The notes below the pieces were generated by a model. That model made no database searches. It saw only the letters and a list, made by a program, of their open reading frames with translations, and had not been told where the DNA came from. The translations under genes and the position numbers were made by a program. Of a stretch of DNA of 40,555 nucleotides, positions 21,762 to 35,700 are shown in pieces. Position 1 is the first letter of the stretch. Each line of letters starts with the position of its first letter. The stretch comes from Intoshia linei (taxonomy: Eukaryota; Animalia; Orthonectida): the NCBI GenBank assembly GCA_001642005.1, contig LWCA01000202.1, positions 1 through 40,555 of the forward strand, in the 5' to 3' direction.

Positions 21762-24700
21762 ATGGTCATCCAGTGGAAAGAACCATTATTGACGGATGTA
21801 AAAGTGAATGCATTGGATAAGAGTGAACTTGAAATTGGGCCAAATTCAATTTTAAAAGAAACAAAAATTGATTTAACATCTAAAATTGAAAAACTGACTA
21901 GGACCGCGAAAGAATCAAAACAAAAAATAGAACTCAGTGATAAATCGAACGATTTTTGTCAGTTGCCGTCGCTTAACAAAAATTTAAAACAACTTATCAA
22001 TGAATGTAATAATCTCGCCAATAGTTGTAGAAAATGCTGGGATGCTGACTCTGAAAATTTAAATGACGTTGTTTACAGAAATAATGTGTATTTTGAATCG
22101 ATTTTACCTAAATCTCTGTTTGATGTCGGCAAATTCAATTCAAATATTAAATCTCTACGACAGAAAAGCGTCATTTATAAGGAACATGTTGCTAAAAAGG
22201 CAAAAATAGACGAGAATGGCCTATTTTCTGGGTTACACCTCAAAAATTGTCTAAACTATCGAGACGAGATTAAGGTTAGTTTTTAAAGTCTTAATGTTTA
22301 AAAATCTTTTTGCTTCATTAATTGGTAAGTAAAATTTAGTATTTTTCACACTTAATATTGATATGTACTAATTTAATTTTTGATTCAATTCTACCATTTA
22401 GAATTTATTTAATCTGGAGTACAAGAATATATTTGCCAATTCTGTGAAAAATACAATATACAAAACTACTCTACAAACAGAAAAAGAAATTAATTTACTC
22501 AATAATCACAAAAACGACGATAGATTCATGTCGGCTTACATTGACCGAACTAGGAACGTGGACATGTTTGCAAATGTTGGTCTTTACGAGGGAAACGTAT
22601 CTAATAATCTCTTAAAACGCACAATAATGGATAAAAATTCCAACGACGTCACACACGTCAACGATAAACCCTTTGAAAATTTTAATAATCTCGACAAAAT
22701 ATATTTTGAAGCACTTGAAAAATACAATTTCAGTGCTATTGACACAACTGACTATCCAACATATTTGTCCTATATATTTGAAAAACTCGGTACAATTAAT
22801 AATGAAAATGAAATAGATTTTTGGCAATTAATACATTTTATCACCAATAATGAGCGATTAAAAAATTGCTCTTATAGCGGAGACGTGGTCTTGAAAATTT
22901 TAGACAGTACAATTAGTCATTTAGAAATAAGTTTTCTCAATTACATTAACCATTCTCTTAAAAACCGTTGCGCCTCTTTGGATGTCAACATTTTGAATTA
23001 CAATTTATCCAATCAAAACGATGTCATCAGGCTAATTGTAAACTTTATACTGATTAAAATGAGTAGTTCGGATCAAATTGTGTTTGATACAAAAGAAGGT
23101 TTAATTGAAACTTACAAATGCGCTCCATGGCCTCTTATTTACTTTTGTTTACGTTGCCGCATTTATCCGGCTGTTTTGAATATTATTTCTGACAACCTGA
23201 CCATATTTGGTAGGCAATTTTTAAATATTGTTAAGCATTACATGGAAAACAATTGCATCCTTGATGAACACAAATCACATCTGACATTGATGTTACACAG
23301 AGACCAGGGAGCAACGTCTTTGGATCCTTATAAAGTAACTACAATAATGTTACTATTAGAAGAAAAAAATAGCTCTATTTTGATGGATTCTTTTTGTTTT
23401 ATCATTGAAGATATTTTTTGGTACCGGTTATCTATTTACCGATCAAAACTTCGACATTTGATTGGATCCGTTTCAGATGCGACTGAAATTACATTTTCTT
23501 CTATGCAGCAACTTCGATTGAATGTTTTTGATGATATCTTGAATAGTATTACAATATTTGTATATATTTTATTCCAAAGGTTGGCAGCCATTTTTCACCA
23601 TTAATATATTATTTTTAAAGCTTCTTTGATAATAAATTAGTTTTTATGCGTGAAATGAAATCTAAATTCTCTAATATAAATGCATTTGTGTTAATTTGAA
23701 CCAATTATAGCCTTATTTTAATCAAGTGTTGAATAAAGCATAGGACGTGAGTATTTTTTTCGAGATTTGTCGTATATTTATTTTTCATGAGATTTTTTCA
23801 TCTTTAGTAAATTCATAAAATAATTTTTCTGGGAAAATTTTGTTAATTTTTTTAGGGTTGGCGTTGTACAAAAAGTTTGAAGGGTACTGTTGTAAACTTT
23901 TTTTAGATTAGTTCGTTGTGATGGATTATTAAAATTAAATACTAATATGTTTTATTACCCTATTCAACTTTCTTTAATTTAATTTTATTTGCATATAAAA
24001 AAGTATATACATTTTAAAGTTTCAATTTACCCTAGGGTGCGTGCAACCTAATTTGTGCCATAATGTTATAATGTGTATAAATTAGATGAAAAAGAATACA
24101 TGCCTATTGATGAACCATTTATATGTGCACGAAACTGCGTATACATGATGAATTATTTTGATGCTACTAAATACCTTAATTCGCATTATGATTTTTTGCG
24201 ATTAGCCGTTCAATATGTATTGGTTATTTGGGATTTAAAACTGTACAAAATTGACGAATCTCAAGGTTTGTTAACTATTTAAAATATACAATATAGAATC
24301 TCTAAATAATACCGTGGTACCAGACATCCCTGAACCTACTCAAAAATGAAAATTTTTGCATAAGAATACGTAAAGTCATATAAAACTTAATCACCCTCCG
24401 AGGCTTTTCACTTGACCATTTAATTTTAACACCCAAAATAGTTATGATATGCAAGAATTTAATTTTGTAATGCTCAATTTGAAAAAAAGAGTACGTTAGT
24501 ATACTGTACGATCCCAATTTCAAAGAAAAAGTTGAAAAATTTATAAATATAGTTTATTGGTCCTCACTTCAATTATTTGAAAACAGCCTTATATGTAAAT
24601 AGAATTTATGAATAATAATTAGGGTAACCAAAAAGTTGCAAAAAAATCGAAAAAGTTTGATTTTATATTAGAGAAATTTAAAAATTGGATAAAAATATGG

Positions 24701-27700
24701 AGCATATTTAAATTTAATTTTTAAAATATTTTAAAATACTGGTGATTACAATAATTTATACATGCTTTTTAATTTTTTAAAAAAGTTTCAATTGGTTGCC
24801 CTAATAATAATTTATACAAAAACTTTCCAAAAATATTTATTATATCAAGGAACTAAAGTTAAACACATAAAGTTTAGAGTTTTGTAGTCCTTGCAATTTC
24901 TCGAAAATTCTCGAGAAAAAAATTAGCTCATATAATATTAGTAATACAATAAAAATACAATAAAATAATAATGAAGGAAAAACTGAAAGTACTAACAGTT
25001 CCAAAATTATTAATATTTTTAAAATAATGAAGGATTACAATCTGGTATTAATTGGTTGTTAACTTTAAAATCTTAAATAAAAAACCAAAAATAGGAGAAT
25101 AATGCGATTTATTTAACATTTTGTATCATCACAACTTCCATATATAGGAATAAGTACAAGATTAAAGTAATTTTTGAGACTGTAAAGATGTACATTTAAA
25201 TATTTTTTATTTTTAAAACTGGTCCACTCATGAAATGATTATTTACATTTTATCTTAGAAATCTTTTCAAATATTTTTCTTCTAATTTTTTCAAAGTAAC
25301 TATTTACAGGATTAATGACACAGATTTGAGATATAGGCAAACCTATTTGGTCTAAATTTTTTCGAATAAAATTTGATTGGTAACTTGGTTTATGGTTAGT
25401 TCATCGTACGCAATCAATTATGACTTCAACCCTTTCGTGAGTATCATCATTTTTTAAATACACTGTTATATTGGGATTTTTTTTGTTTTTTTATTTACAG
25501 GTTTACCCAATGATTTGATCATTAAATGTACGCGTGTTAAGTGAAGATGTAAATCCGTTGTAGAAGAATTCTTATAATTCATCATTGTACCCCAAATAGA
25601 GCATTTTGCCTTTTCGTTTTCTCACTTAAAAGAGTTCTATAAATTTTCGTAGAACATAGTGGTTATCTTAAAGAGAAACAATTTAATACCAAATTAATAA
25701 ATTAAATCATACAACTGAATTGAATTACCGTAAAATTTAATATTGTTTTTTTATTGTAATAACTGAAATTATAATGTTTTTACACGCTTAAATTTATTAG
25801 TGACAAATTAAAAATGATTATTTTTTGATGATTTTATTTTTGCATTGATATAACAAACTACATTTTTGAAAATTTTCAAATATAATTTTACATTAAGAAT
25901 ATTTAAATTTCTCGAGATCAAGCACTAAACAGAACCCTAAGACGAGCAATCGAGAACCACTGAAATAAGTGTTTGTCAAATATTTTTGGTTGAAAGTGGT
26001 CTGAATGTTACAATATTTGGAAGCATTGCCACAAATTTATATTTTTAGAAAATAATATCCAAGAATCTCTCAACAAAACCATATTGCCTTATGCTCGGCT
26101 ATTCGATTACGATTATCCTGCTGAAGCTGTTCATTATTACAAATTTTTGAGGTTTTATATCTTATTGATTTTGTATTGTATATTTATACATTATATTTGT
26201 GAGTCTAATTTGTTTAAATTCGAACCGTGTATTTTTTGTATTTATGAATCATGTTCGCCTGATGTTCACGGAATACATGTAAAGAATACTTACGTGTAAA
26301 ATTATCTTTTAATAGGAATGATCTGTAATTGACTGTTCCAAGATAATTGGGTTGATGACATAAAAAATCAGTTTAGGCTAAAACTTTTGCACTTGCAAAT
26401 TTTTTGCCAATTTTTGCAACATCATTCCAATATTTCTAATGACCCTTATAAGGGGTTGGAGCCTTTAACAGACCTCAAAATAATTCCATGGGTAGCAATG
26501 CGGCTGTTTGAACAATTTTGCATCGAGCGAATTAGAAAAGGACAGAGTCTGTTAATTTAATAATTTTAAAACCATTCATATGTTATTTTTAGTAAATACC
26601 AACAAATTGAAGTTGTTCGGGATATTATTTTGAAACAAAAATCAGTAATTGTTAATTTTATTTGATTTACCAAATTTAGGCTATTCGAATAATTGGTAGA
26701 ATTGGGCTAAATGGTGTTTTAAGGGTAATTGTTATATTGTCTTGTTACTGATTAGTTTTTTACAATATTTTTAATTTTTATGTTAGAATGGTTTACTGCA
26801 GCAATTGAATTTTGATGTAAAGATAATAATTGAAAGTAGTGCTTCAGAGTTCGTGGCGAATGGGCAAGTTGAATCGGCACTTCAATTATATGAAATTGGT
26901 GGGGTAATGTATCTACTATCAGCAGTTAATACAATTTAGAATTACAGTTATAATTAGGGCGAATATTTTTTAACTAGGGAAAATTTTGATATGTTCATAC
27001 GCATTAAATTATAATAACAATGATAGTAATTTTACGTGTATTAATTGGCTAATTAAAATTTGATTATCTTAATAAAGTTAATAACGTTAATAAAGTTAAA
27101 ATAATATTTTCAAACATTAATTTTATTTTATACAATTTCGATTTGTTTTGTATTTTTATTTTATGCATGATTGTAGTAAATAATCTTATTATTAATTTTT
27201 ATATTACTCACTAAAAGCAGTTTTTATTTATTCTTAACTTATTTCTATTCACAATATAGGTAATTTAGCAATATTTTTATAATTAATGTTTTTTTATGCA
27301 TGCCTAAATATGCGAAATCTAAATATAAAAAAATTTACAATATTACAAAACTTTATCCTAGTGAATTTACTAAGAATGACGACAATTTATTTTGTATGAA
27401 ATGTTGCAATGTTACTTTTACAAAATAAAATTTTGTTTAATTACACCGCAAATTAGCAAAAAACAAGAGTTTTATGCATATTGTCAGTATTTGAAGTTCA
27501 ATTAAAACATCGAATGACTGCAACAGAAATGGCGGAAGCAATTCTATCTGCGGACATACTTCTAAAAAGTTAAATAACGTCAAGTTAAGAACAATATTTA
27601 AAAAAAAAGGAATAATTTTTCCATCTAAAAGCAATTGCAGAAATAAAATTGATGATTTGTATTTTAAGGAAATGGAGAGAATAAAAAATTATTGTATCAA

Positions 27701-29624
27701 TAAATTAATTTTATCATTATGGACGAAACTGATTTAAATGAATATAAGTACATTAATACTATGATCGGAACATTAGAAGCATCTCAGAATGTAATATTAT
27801 ATGATTGTAAAAATATTACAAGTAATATGAACAGACAAATGGTCATTTATATTCTTCATGATACAATTAAAAATAATTAAACAAAACAACAGAAAATTTT
27901 TAAAAGATAATTTTAAAAAATATTTGATTTTGTACTACAACAAATAATACACTTTGTATACATTTTTATTAAGACTTAAATTAGGCATCGGAAACCTTTT
28001 GCATCTAGTGAACCACCTTTCTATTTTTTACAGGTGTATTAGAAATAGTGGATATGACTAACGAGTACTAAATTTAAAAAAAGTTAAAAATCCTGAATTA
28101 GATATTTACGGACATAAGACAATGCTGCTTGTTCTATAAAAACTATTTAATAATGGCAATACAATTATGTTTTAAAATTTATATAACGGTGTTACAACCG
28201 ACAAGGCCGCAGAAATATTATTATTATGGCGAATAAGAAATTTCATCACTGTTTAGAAAAAAATTTAACGAAAAAAACAACACTACGTCAATTTTTTTTT
28301 TCCAAAAGTTTAATAAATTTGATTTGTAAGTTAAATTTTTTTGTTTTTATAGGTTAAAAAAAATCGCCCTACTTATAATCCATAATTATGATGGTTTGGA
28401 GAAAGTAATGAATAATTTAAGAAATTTACATATTATGTACTACATAAATATAAAAATGATGTAAATAACAACATGTATTTATTTTAATATGGTTAATATT
28501 TTCAAAATTATAGTTTTAATTTTGGTCATGTCATTGTTTTGTTAAATTTATTATCTTCAAAAAATGTAACAGATTTTTTTTAACGGTAAACGGGTTGTCG
28601 TGTTTTTTGTCGAAATTATAATCCATTAAGATGTCATCAAACTACCTTTAGAATGAGTCGATTTTTTTGTTGATGCAAATATAGGATTGTCACTTTAATA
28701 TTTCCATAAATATCATAAATTTAAAAATTTTTAGCTTTTCAAAGATTCGGTGGAACTATTAATTAAAATTTTGACGCCCTTGATTACTAATCCAAAAACA
28801 GATGTTCGAACTAATCATCATAAGGTTGCCACTTTGGTTGCTGAAAGGTACTTATTTGTGTATCCTCAATAACTCAATTTAGATATAAATCGAATGGATA
28901 TCATATCGATGATGACATTATTTGCACATTTTATTTTATTCTTGATTTGATGACTTTTTTCGATACTTATAATGAAGGAAAATACACAAATGCTTTAGAA
29001 GTAATTAAATTTATTTTTTTATAGAAATTTAAAATATATTCTTATTACAATTCATCAGTTGTGTGGGTTTTCATCCCACTAATTTTTTCTAAAAGTATAT
29101 TTTATTATATTTGTCAATATCCCATTAGCCAACTGAAGAGGCAATAGTGTATACATTATTTATTATTTCAATCAAGCTGATTTTTAGATAATCAAACGAA
29201 TAAAATTAATTCCATTGACCAGCAGTTATATTAACGAGTACTTGGGAGCATTTAATAAATATTCAAATAAGGTAGTCATATTTTGTTTCTTTATCTTTAT
29301 TACGTTATAGATTTATACAGTTATGCCTGCTCTGTTGTTGGCAACCATGAAATCGATTTACATGATTTATTCTGATGATGTGTAATTTAGTATGATATTG
29401 TTATTTACTACTATCTTATATAGAACCAATACATTAGGTATACAAATGAATGGAAATATACTGGATGTAATTTTATTTTTGTCGTATTTTAAATGATTGC
29501 TTAGAAAAAGTCCCAACTACGTGATTCAGCTGCAGCATTAATTAAATTTTCTGGTTTAATTCCTTATCGAATTCCAGCCGACACTTTGGCTAAGTTGGTT
29601 CAAATCGAAGTTCAAATGAACTGA
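21762..29624 (+). CDS. NUP93: Nucleoporin NUP93/Nic96, multi-exon
   Basis: [11 protein letters not shown] (N-terminal helix), [48 protein letters not shown] and C-terminal [28 protein letters not shown], all in NUP93 order. Some central exon borders are uncertain. Confidence 0.93.
24620..24803. mobile_element. 184-bp hAT (Blackjack-like terminus) MITE in a NUP93 intron
   Basis: TIR tagggtaacca / tggttgcccta; perfect 8-bp TSD ataataat on both sides. Confidence 0.85.
26955..28371 (+). mobile_element. Internally deleted hAT element with a CGGBP1-like transposase relic in a NUP93 intron
   Basis: TIR tagggcgaatattttttaac / gttaaaaaaaatcgcccta; TSD gttataat / cttataat. Broken ORF from ATG 27300: MPK...EF...LFCMKC...H, SADILL.KLNN, IIMDETD...YINTMIG. 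Confidence 0.82.
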
Positions 29625-30060
29625 TTGTATCAAAGCTATCTGTAAATAAAATTACAAATATATTTTTTGTTAATTGGAGAAGAGTATGCGAAAATTTTAA
29701 TTATTAGGCCGTTACAAAATTAAAAAAGAAAACAAAAATTAATGAATTACATTTTTTTTCATTACATACATTCATCATTGTTAACGTCTCTATAGTTTAT
29801 TTTTATCTTTAAAACCTTGCTATTTTATTAGAAAAAAGAAAATTATTTACATCCCGTAATTGTAACTATGTTATTGACAATTTAGTTAATATTATTTGAC
29901 TGTGCGTGATAGAATATTTTTAAATTGTGAAAAACAATGTGAATCTTTTATCATGTGATGAGATTAAAACTCCACCGAGTCGGATAATCCAATATAGATA
30001 ACAATATTTGAAATATGAATATTAAATTTTTAATTTACATTTCAATTTTTGATATAAAAT

Positions 30061-31420
30061 TTATACTCTTTGTTCGTAATTTCCAGTTTTTGTTATATAT
30101 TTCACTCCTTTGAAACATTTATAATTCTAAATTGTAGATAAAAATTTAAATATATATTATTACAGTATTTTTGACATCAATTTTACTAATTTTAATTCCA
30201 CAAATAGTGGATCCTGCTAATTTATACGAAATCTAAAAATTGAATATATTCAATAACACTAAAAAAACAGATAATTTGGGTTTCCAGTCTGGCTGCTTAG
30301 CGTTATCTTTGAGATAGATCTAGTTTGAATTTAATAATGAAAAAAGATTTCGAAAAATTACAATAGATTTCATGCATAATGGTGTCGTAAGTTGATTAAT
30401 GGTCCAAACAAAAATATTAGTATTTTGATTATAAACAATTTTTCCATTAACAGCTTGATCAAAAACAATGTTATTTATATCTGGATGGAGTTTTGTGGTT
30501 ATAATGATACTTTGAATAATCTTTTTAGAATTAGGTTTAAGGGATATGTTAAATGAACCATTGTTGTTGCCTCTTGGATAATAAAATTCAACACGAGATC
30601 CCATTGGAATCCCGTGAGATACAGTGGGTACATATTCAATCAATTTAAATTTTTTATCGGGAGGGATAAAAGAAACTTGATGAAATTTGTCCCAATTTTT
30701 AAACCGAACACACCTGTGAAAATGCACATTCCCCAAAGATAAAGGTTTGTCGAAGGTAACTGTCAAATCAGGGTAGTTGGACAACCTCACATTTGCAAAT
30801 ACTTGAGTACTCACATACGACCGAATAATGCCACCCTGGTGTGATAATACTGCATTGAGAGTTTCAATAAAGTCAAAATAACACTCATTTTTAGCATAGG
30901 TTATGTTTTCACACCTCCAAGGCACAATGGAGAATTGAGATTCCGGTAATACACTAGAATACTGTGACGACGATCCAGTAACTTGTTCTGCGAACATTCG
31001 CATGATACTGGGAGGTTTTACTAATTCCATAATTATATTTCCTTCAGAAATCAACGGAAACCCATGATCAATCATTTCGTCCAAAATCTGATAAACTGTC
31101 AGTCGATTCTCACAAATTGTGTCGTACGTACAAGATCCAAAATATGCCTCTATTAATTCACAAATGTACTTTAAAATGTTTAAAATGTAAAGTGGCGGAA
31201 CTTCCCACATAATTATCGCCAGTATATATACATCACTCATTATGTGGTTTATTATATAGTGACTAGGCGTTTGGATTACAGTAGGAATATCTTTGGCAGT
31301 TTCGTAAAGGTGCAATTCTTGAGTAAAATAATCACAAATTTCACGATTTATTACATTCTGAAAGTGTTTTTCAAAAAATATCTCCTCCGAAGATGACACC
31401 ATAAATATAGAGTGAATCAT
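30061..31420 (-). CDS. AP3M: AP-3 complex subunit mu, one long first exon plus three short 3' exons
   Basis: MIHSIF...IFFEKH, VYQILDEMIDHGFPL.SE.NI..ELVKPP, VPWR...Y.KNE.YFD, FHRCVRF, SFIPPD and terminal FKGVKYITKTG. Confidence 0.95.
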
Positions 31421-32008
31421 TTTCCTTCTTCGTTAAATAAATAATATTGATTAAGTTGTGTTTCTATAGACGTTTATTTAACGTTCAGAGTTTAGTATAA
31501 AACCAATATTCTAAAAATACAATTCGTTTCATCCACGATTACAAAAATAGTATATTTTACATTTTTTCTTGGTCATGTAATGAAAAAATTGAAACGACTA
31601 ACAAACGTCTCTGAAAGATGATGAGGAAAGTAGAACTTAATATCAGAATTGATCAAACCTGGCCCATTCATAATATATGGGCTTTCTCGACAATTTGAGA
31701 CTATTGAGACAACAGAAAAATTGTTTTTTATTATTATTTATGCGATTGTTATTTTGTAAGTACCCTTACGAAATTCCCATTTTGAATTACTATTCTGGGC
31801 CTGTTATAATTAAACGAGTAAAGTGTATGTGGTAAAAACTGCCATCATCTCTTTCCATAGTCATTTGATTTTAGTATTCGTAATACCAATTTCGTATTGA
31901 TAACAAAATATTTTAGAAAACTAAAATTAATGCGACAATAATCGATAAAACAAAAACAAATGAGATAAAAACTTGATTTGCACAATAAAGTTGAAAAATA
32001 ACAGTAAG

Positions 32009-32580
32009 ATGAATCAATCAAATCAAACTCCATTCGTTGAATTTGAAACTACGTAATTTACTAATTCAGTTTCATGTATTTAAAAATATTGACTAATTGA
32101 CACACTGACTTATTTAATGATAAATTTAGAATTGGTAATTTCGTAATTGAATTGTATTGGAACCATGCACCTAAAACTTGTAAAAATATTGCAGAATTAT
32201 CCAAAAATGGATACTACAATAATTGTATATTTCACCGAGTGATTCGTGATTTCATGATTCAAACAGGCGACCCTACGGGCACAGGAAAATGTGGAAACTC
32301 AATATATGGCGGCCAATTTGAAGATGAAATTACCTCGGAATTACACCATACTGGAGCAGGAATATGTTCAATGGCAAATTCTGGTCCCAATACAAACACC
32401 AGTCAATTTTTTATAACTCTGAATGTCACACAATGGTTGGATGGGAAACATACAATTTTTGCACGAGTGGCAGATGGCATGGATGCCGTAAAACGTATCG
32501 GTATGATGGACACTGACGCAACCGATAAGCCCATTTCTCAAATTTCTATTCTTAGGACAAAATGGTTGTCTAAACTGTGA
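32009..32580 (+). CDS. PPIL1: Peptidyl-prolyl isomerase-like 1 (spliceosomal cyclophilin), 2 exons
   Basis: VEFET|T.GNFVIELYWNHAPKTCKN, FHRVIRDFMIQTGDPTGTG, LHHTGAGI.SMANSGP, TQWLDGKHTIF. Confidence 0.94.
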
Positions 32581-32793
32581 TTTAATTGAAATAAATTTAC
32601 CTATATTGTGTTATGTATATAATGTAAATTGTGAATACTTAGATGGTGGCTTTGAAACATTAATTAAATTTGACGTTATTAGTAAACAAGAGTAGTAACG
32701 AGATGTAAATTCTAGTCAAGATTATTTATACATTATTTATAGGCCAAACTAGTTTATAACATTTGAAAAATTTATTAAAACTAGTTTTGCGTA

Positions 32794-35700
32794 ATGGAAC
32801 CTTCAACATCAAATTTCATTGAGAATGAAAACAGAACTACACCCAAATTTGGATACTTTAACTGGCGGCCAGAGTTCCTTCAAAGGTTGAACTCACCAGT
32901 GTGTTTATTGGCTAGTTTATGCATGACATCAATAGTCCAAGGAATGATAATAAACGGGTTTATTAGTACTTCTATTACAACCCTGGAAAAAACGTTTGGA
33001 TTCAATAGTAAAATGTCTGGGTTTCTTGCCGCATCATATGACGTTATTATTGTAATTGTTTTAATACCCATCAGCTTTTTTGGACCAAAATACCACAAAA
33101 ATAAAATTATAGGTAAGTTTTGTAATTTTAACATTTGATATGGTATTAGCCTGCAGTATGATATTACTTGGGGTAGGGTCAATTTTGTTTGCTTTACCTC
33201 ATTTTACGTCTTACGAATATTTAGAACACCCAAGCAAGGAAATGTGTAATATTGATAAGAATTTTGGTAGGTTTTTATAATTGTGTGTACATGTATTTAC
33301 AACATAGATGAAACATTCCAAGAAAGAAAATCAAGCATGTTTGCTTATAGTATTTTTATTATATCTCAACTTATTAATGGACTTGCATGCTCAACTATAT
33401 TCACTTTAACATATGTAATTCTTGACGAAAATGTGTCCAAGGTCAAATCTTCCATATATCTTGGAATATTTTACGGCTGTGCTGTAGCTGGACCCGGAAT
33501 CGGGTTTTTCCTCAATTCCATTTTTCTCAATATTGATGGAAATTTTTATTCAGAGTTTTCATTCCATTTTTTATATTTTTTATTTAATATTAGAAAAAAA
33601 TTCAATTCAAACTCATTTTATGGTGCTTGGTGGGTAGGGTTCTTGCTTAGTGGACTCCTTGCATTTATAGTGGCGATTCCAATTTTTGGATTTGGACCAT
33701 ATTTGCCAGGTTACTTTAACTTATTTTATTTTAATCGATCAACGAATCTGTGATCGGCGGATCACAGAATGCACCACTACCCATTTTTGTGACTTTAAGC
33801 TAATTTCCAGCTTTGATAGACGTAACAATTCGCCGAATTAATTCGAAATTTGAAGTGAAAAAATTATATTCTTCAATATCATAACTATTTTGTATGCTAA
33901 ATTAAAAATATCAATTCAAGAGTCTTGAAGAGATGGCCAGGGGCTATTTGATATCATAATTAGTTGGTGATACCTAATAAGACCAATTTTTGATTTTCGG
34001 GGTTTCGGCTCTACTAGAATTCAAAAATTTTTTTTAATCTCATTGTGTGCTTTATCAATTTCAAAATATTGGAATGTGGCCCTATGTCTGAAATGGGTTT
34101 CCAATGTGGTTTATGCTTTAAAAATTTGATAAAAGTGGATTTTTGATTTTGGCGTTGAATAAACTAACTTTTTTAGGGATTGATAATGTTGAATTTTTCA
34201 TAAAAATTTTGGTAAAAATGAATGTTTTCTTTTAGTGTTTTAAAGTGGAGTTTGTACGACCGGAGGGTATTCTCGGTGCGGTGACTTGACAAAAGTTTTG
34301 TAAAATGGAGGCTTAGTTTTTCCAAATTGAGCATACTTTGCGAATTTTTAGTGTCTATTTTTGAGTTGCCGGGTGGTGTCATGCATGGTAGGCTCATTTT
34401 AGGTTCGGAAGATAAATTAAAATTTTTTATTTTATAAGTTGAAATATTTCTAAATAAAAAAAGCGTTCAAAATTCACGTCAGCGTCCACGTTTAAAATTA
34501 CTTTTTATAATGTTAAAAAAAGTATCAAAAATATAGATTCTAAACATAATACTTACGTTATATTAGTCACTTTTGAGAGCGAGCACTGTAACACTTGAAA
34601 CATTTTATTGATTAAAACTAAAAATGAAAACTAAAAACTTGTATCAATTAATCAGATGGGTTGAATTGTATTTGAATTCTATTTCAGAGATGACACAAGT
34701 AATAATGATGTAACATATCGAAATATTATCAATTAATTATTACATCTTTATTATAAACATCATTAATATATAGAATAGCATATGAAAAACTAAAAAGGAA
34801 CCGATTAAAATCGAAAGGGATTACCCACGAATCAGTAAATTATAATAAAAAAAATTTATGGCCAAGTTTGATAAACTTGTTTAAAAACAAAACGTACATG
34901 TTTATTGTTCTGAGTGATTCATTGGACGCGTTTCTACTAGACAGCTTTATACTTTTTATTCCTAAAATACTAGAAACTCAATTCGATCTATCACCCAGCA
35001 AGGCTTCCATACTGACAGGTTATTTTAAATAGACTGTATTTAAATGTATTTCAAAAACGCTTATATTAGGTGGCTCTTTAATAGGCGGTGGCGTTTTGGG
35101 TACAATAGTGAGTGGTTTATGCATCAGAAACTTGCATGTAAAGGAAAAGATAAAATTTGGAGTGGTCTGCATTGTCTTGTCATTACCATTCGTTTGCATG
35201 TTTTTAATGAAATGTGATGGTATTAAAGTAGCCGGTATTGATGTTCCCTATAAAAATACTGAGTAATTAATAACATTTACATTAATTAGAATTCAACTAC
35301 ATTTAGATTGGAATACCGAATGAAGAGTACGTGCAATACGCAATGTTCCTGTTCGTATTCTAATTATGATCCTTTTTGTCATATTCTGGACGACAAATTG
35401 ACTGTTTACACCTCATACTGTTGGGGTGGCTGCGATGCTATTGACTACGAAAGGACCGAAAATACGACGAAATACTATGTAACTAATTATGATGTATATA
35501 TTGAGTACCGTTTAGAATTATAGTTGTAGGTGTTTACCAAAAGACGGAAACATTATACAATATAGTGACTGTGAAAAGAAAAAGACTAGCTGTACTTATT
35601 TTTTGCCGTTCATAGTGTGTTTGTTCTTAATGACATTTTTTACATTTATGTCGTCAACTCCAATGATTCAAGGTATAATGAGGTATATCACAAACTTTAG

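Noticed and set aside
24885-25962. Possible element bounded by tagtccttg / caagcacta with ttctcgaga motifs, and a nearby gagaaccactg end
   Set aside because: The flanks show no TSD and the limits cannot be fixed.
11768-29624. Apparent nuclear-envelope cluster (ENY2, torsin, NUP93)
   Set aside because: The genes are interspersed with unrelated ones and there is no evidence of co-regulation; likely chance.
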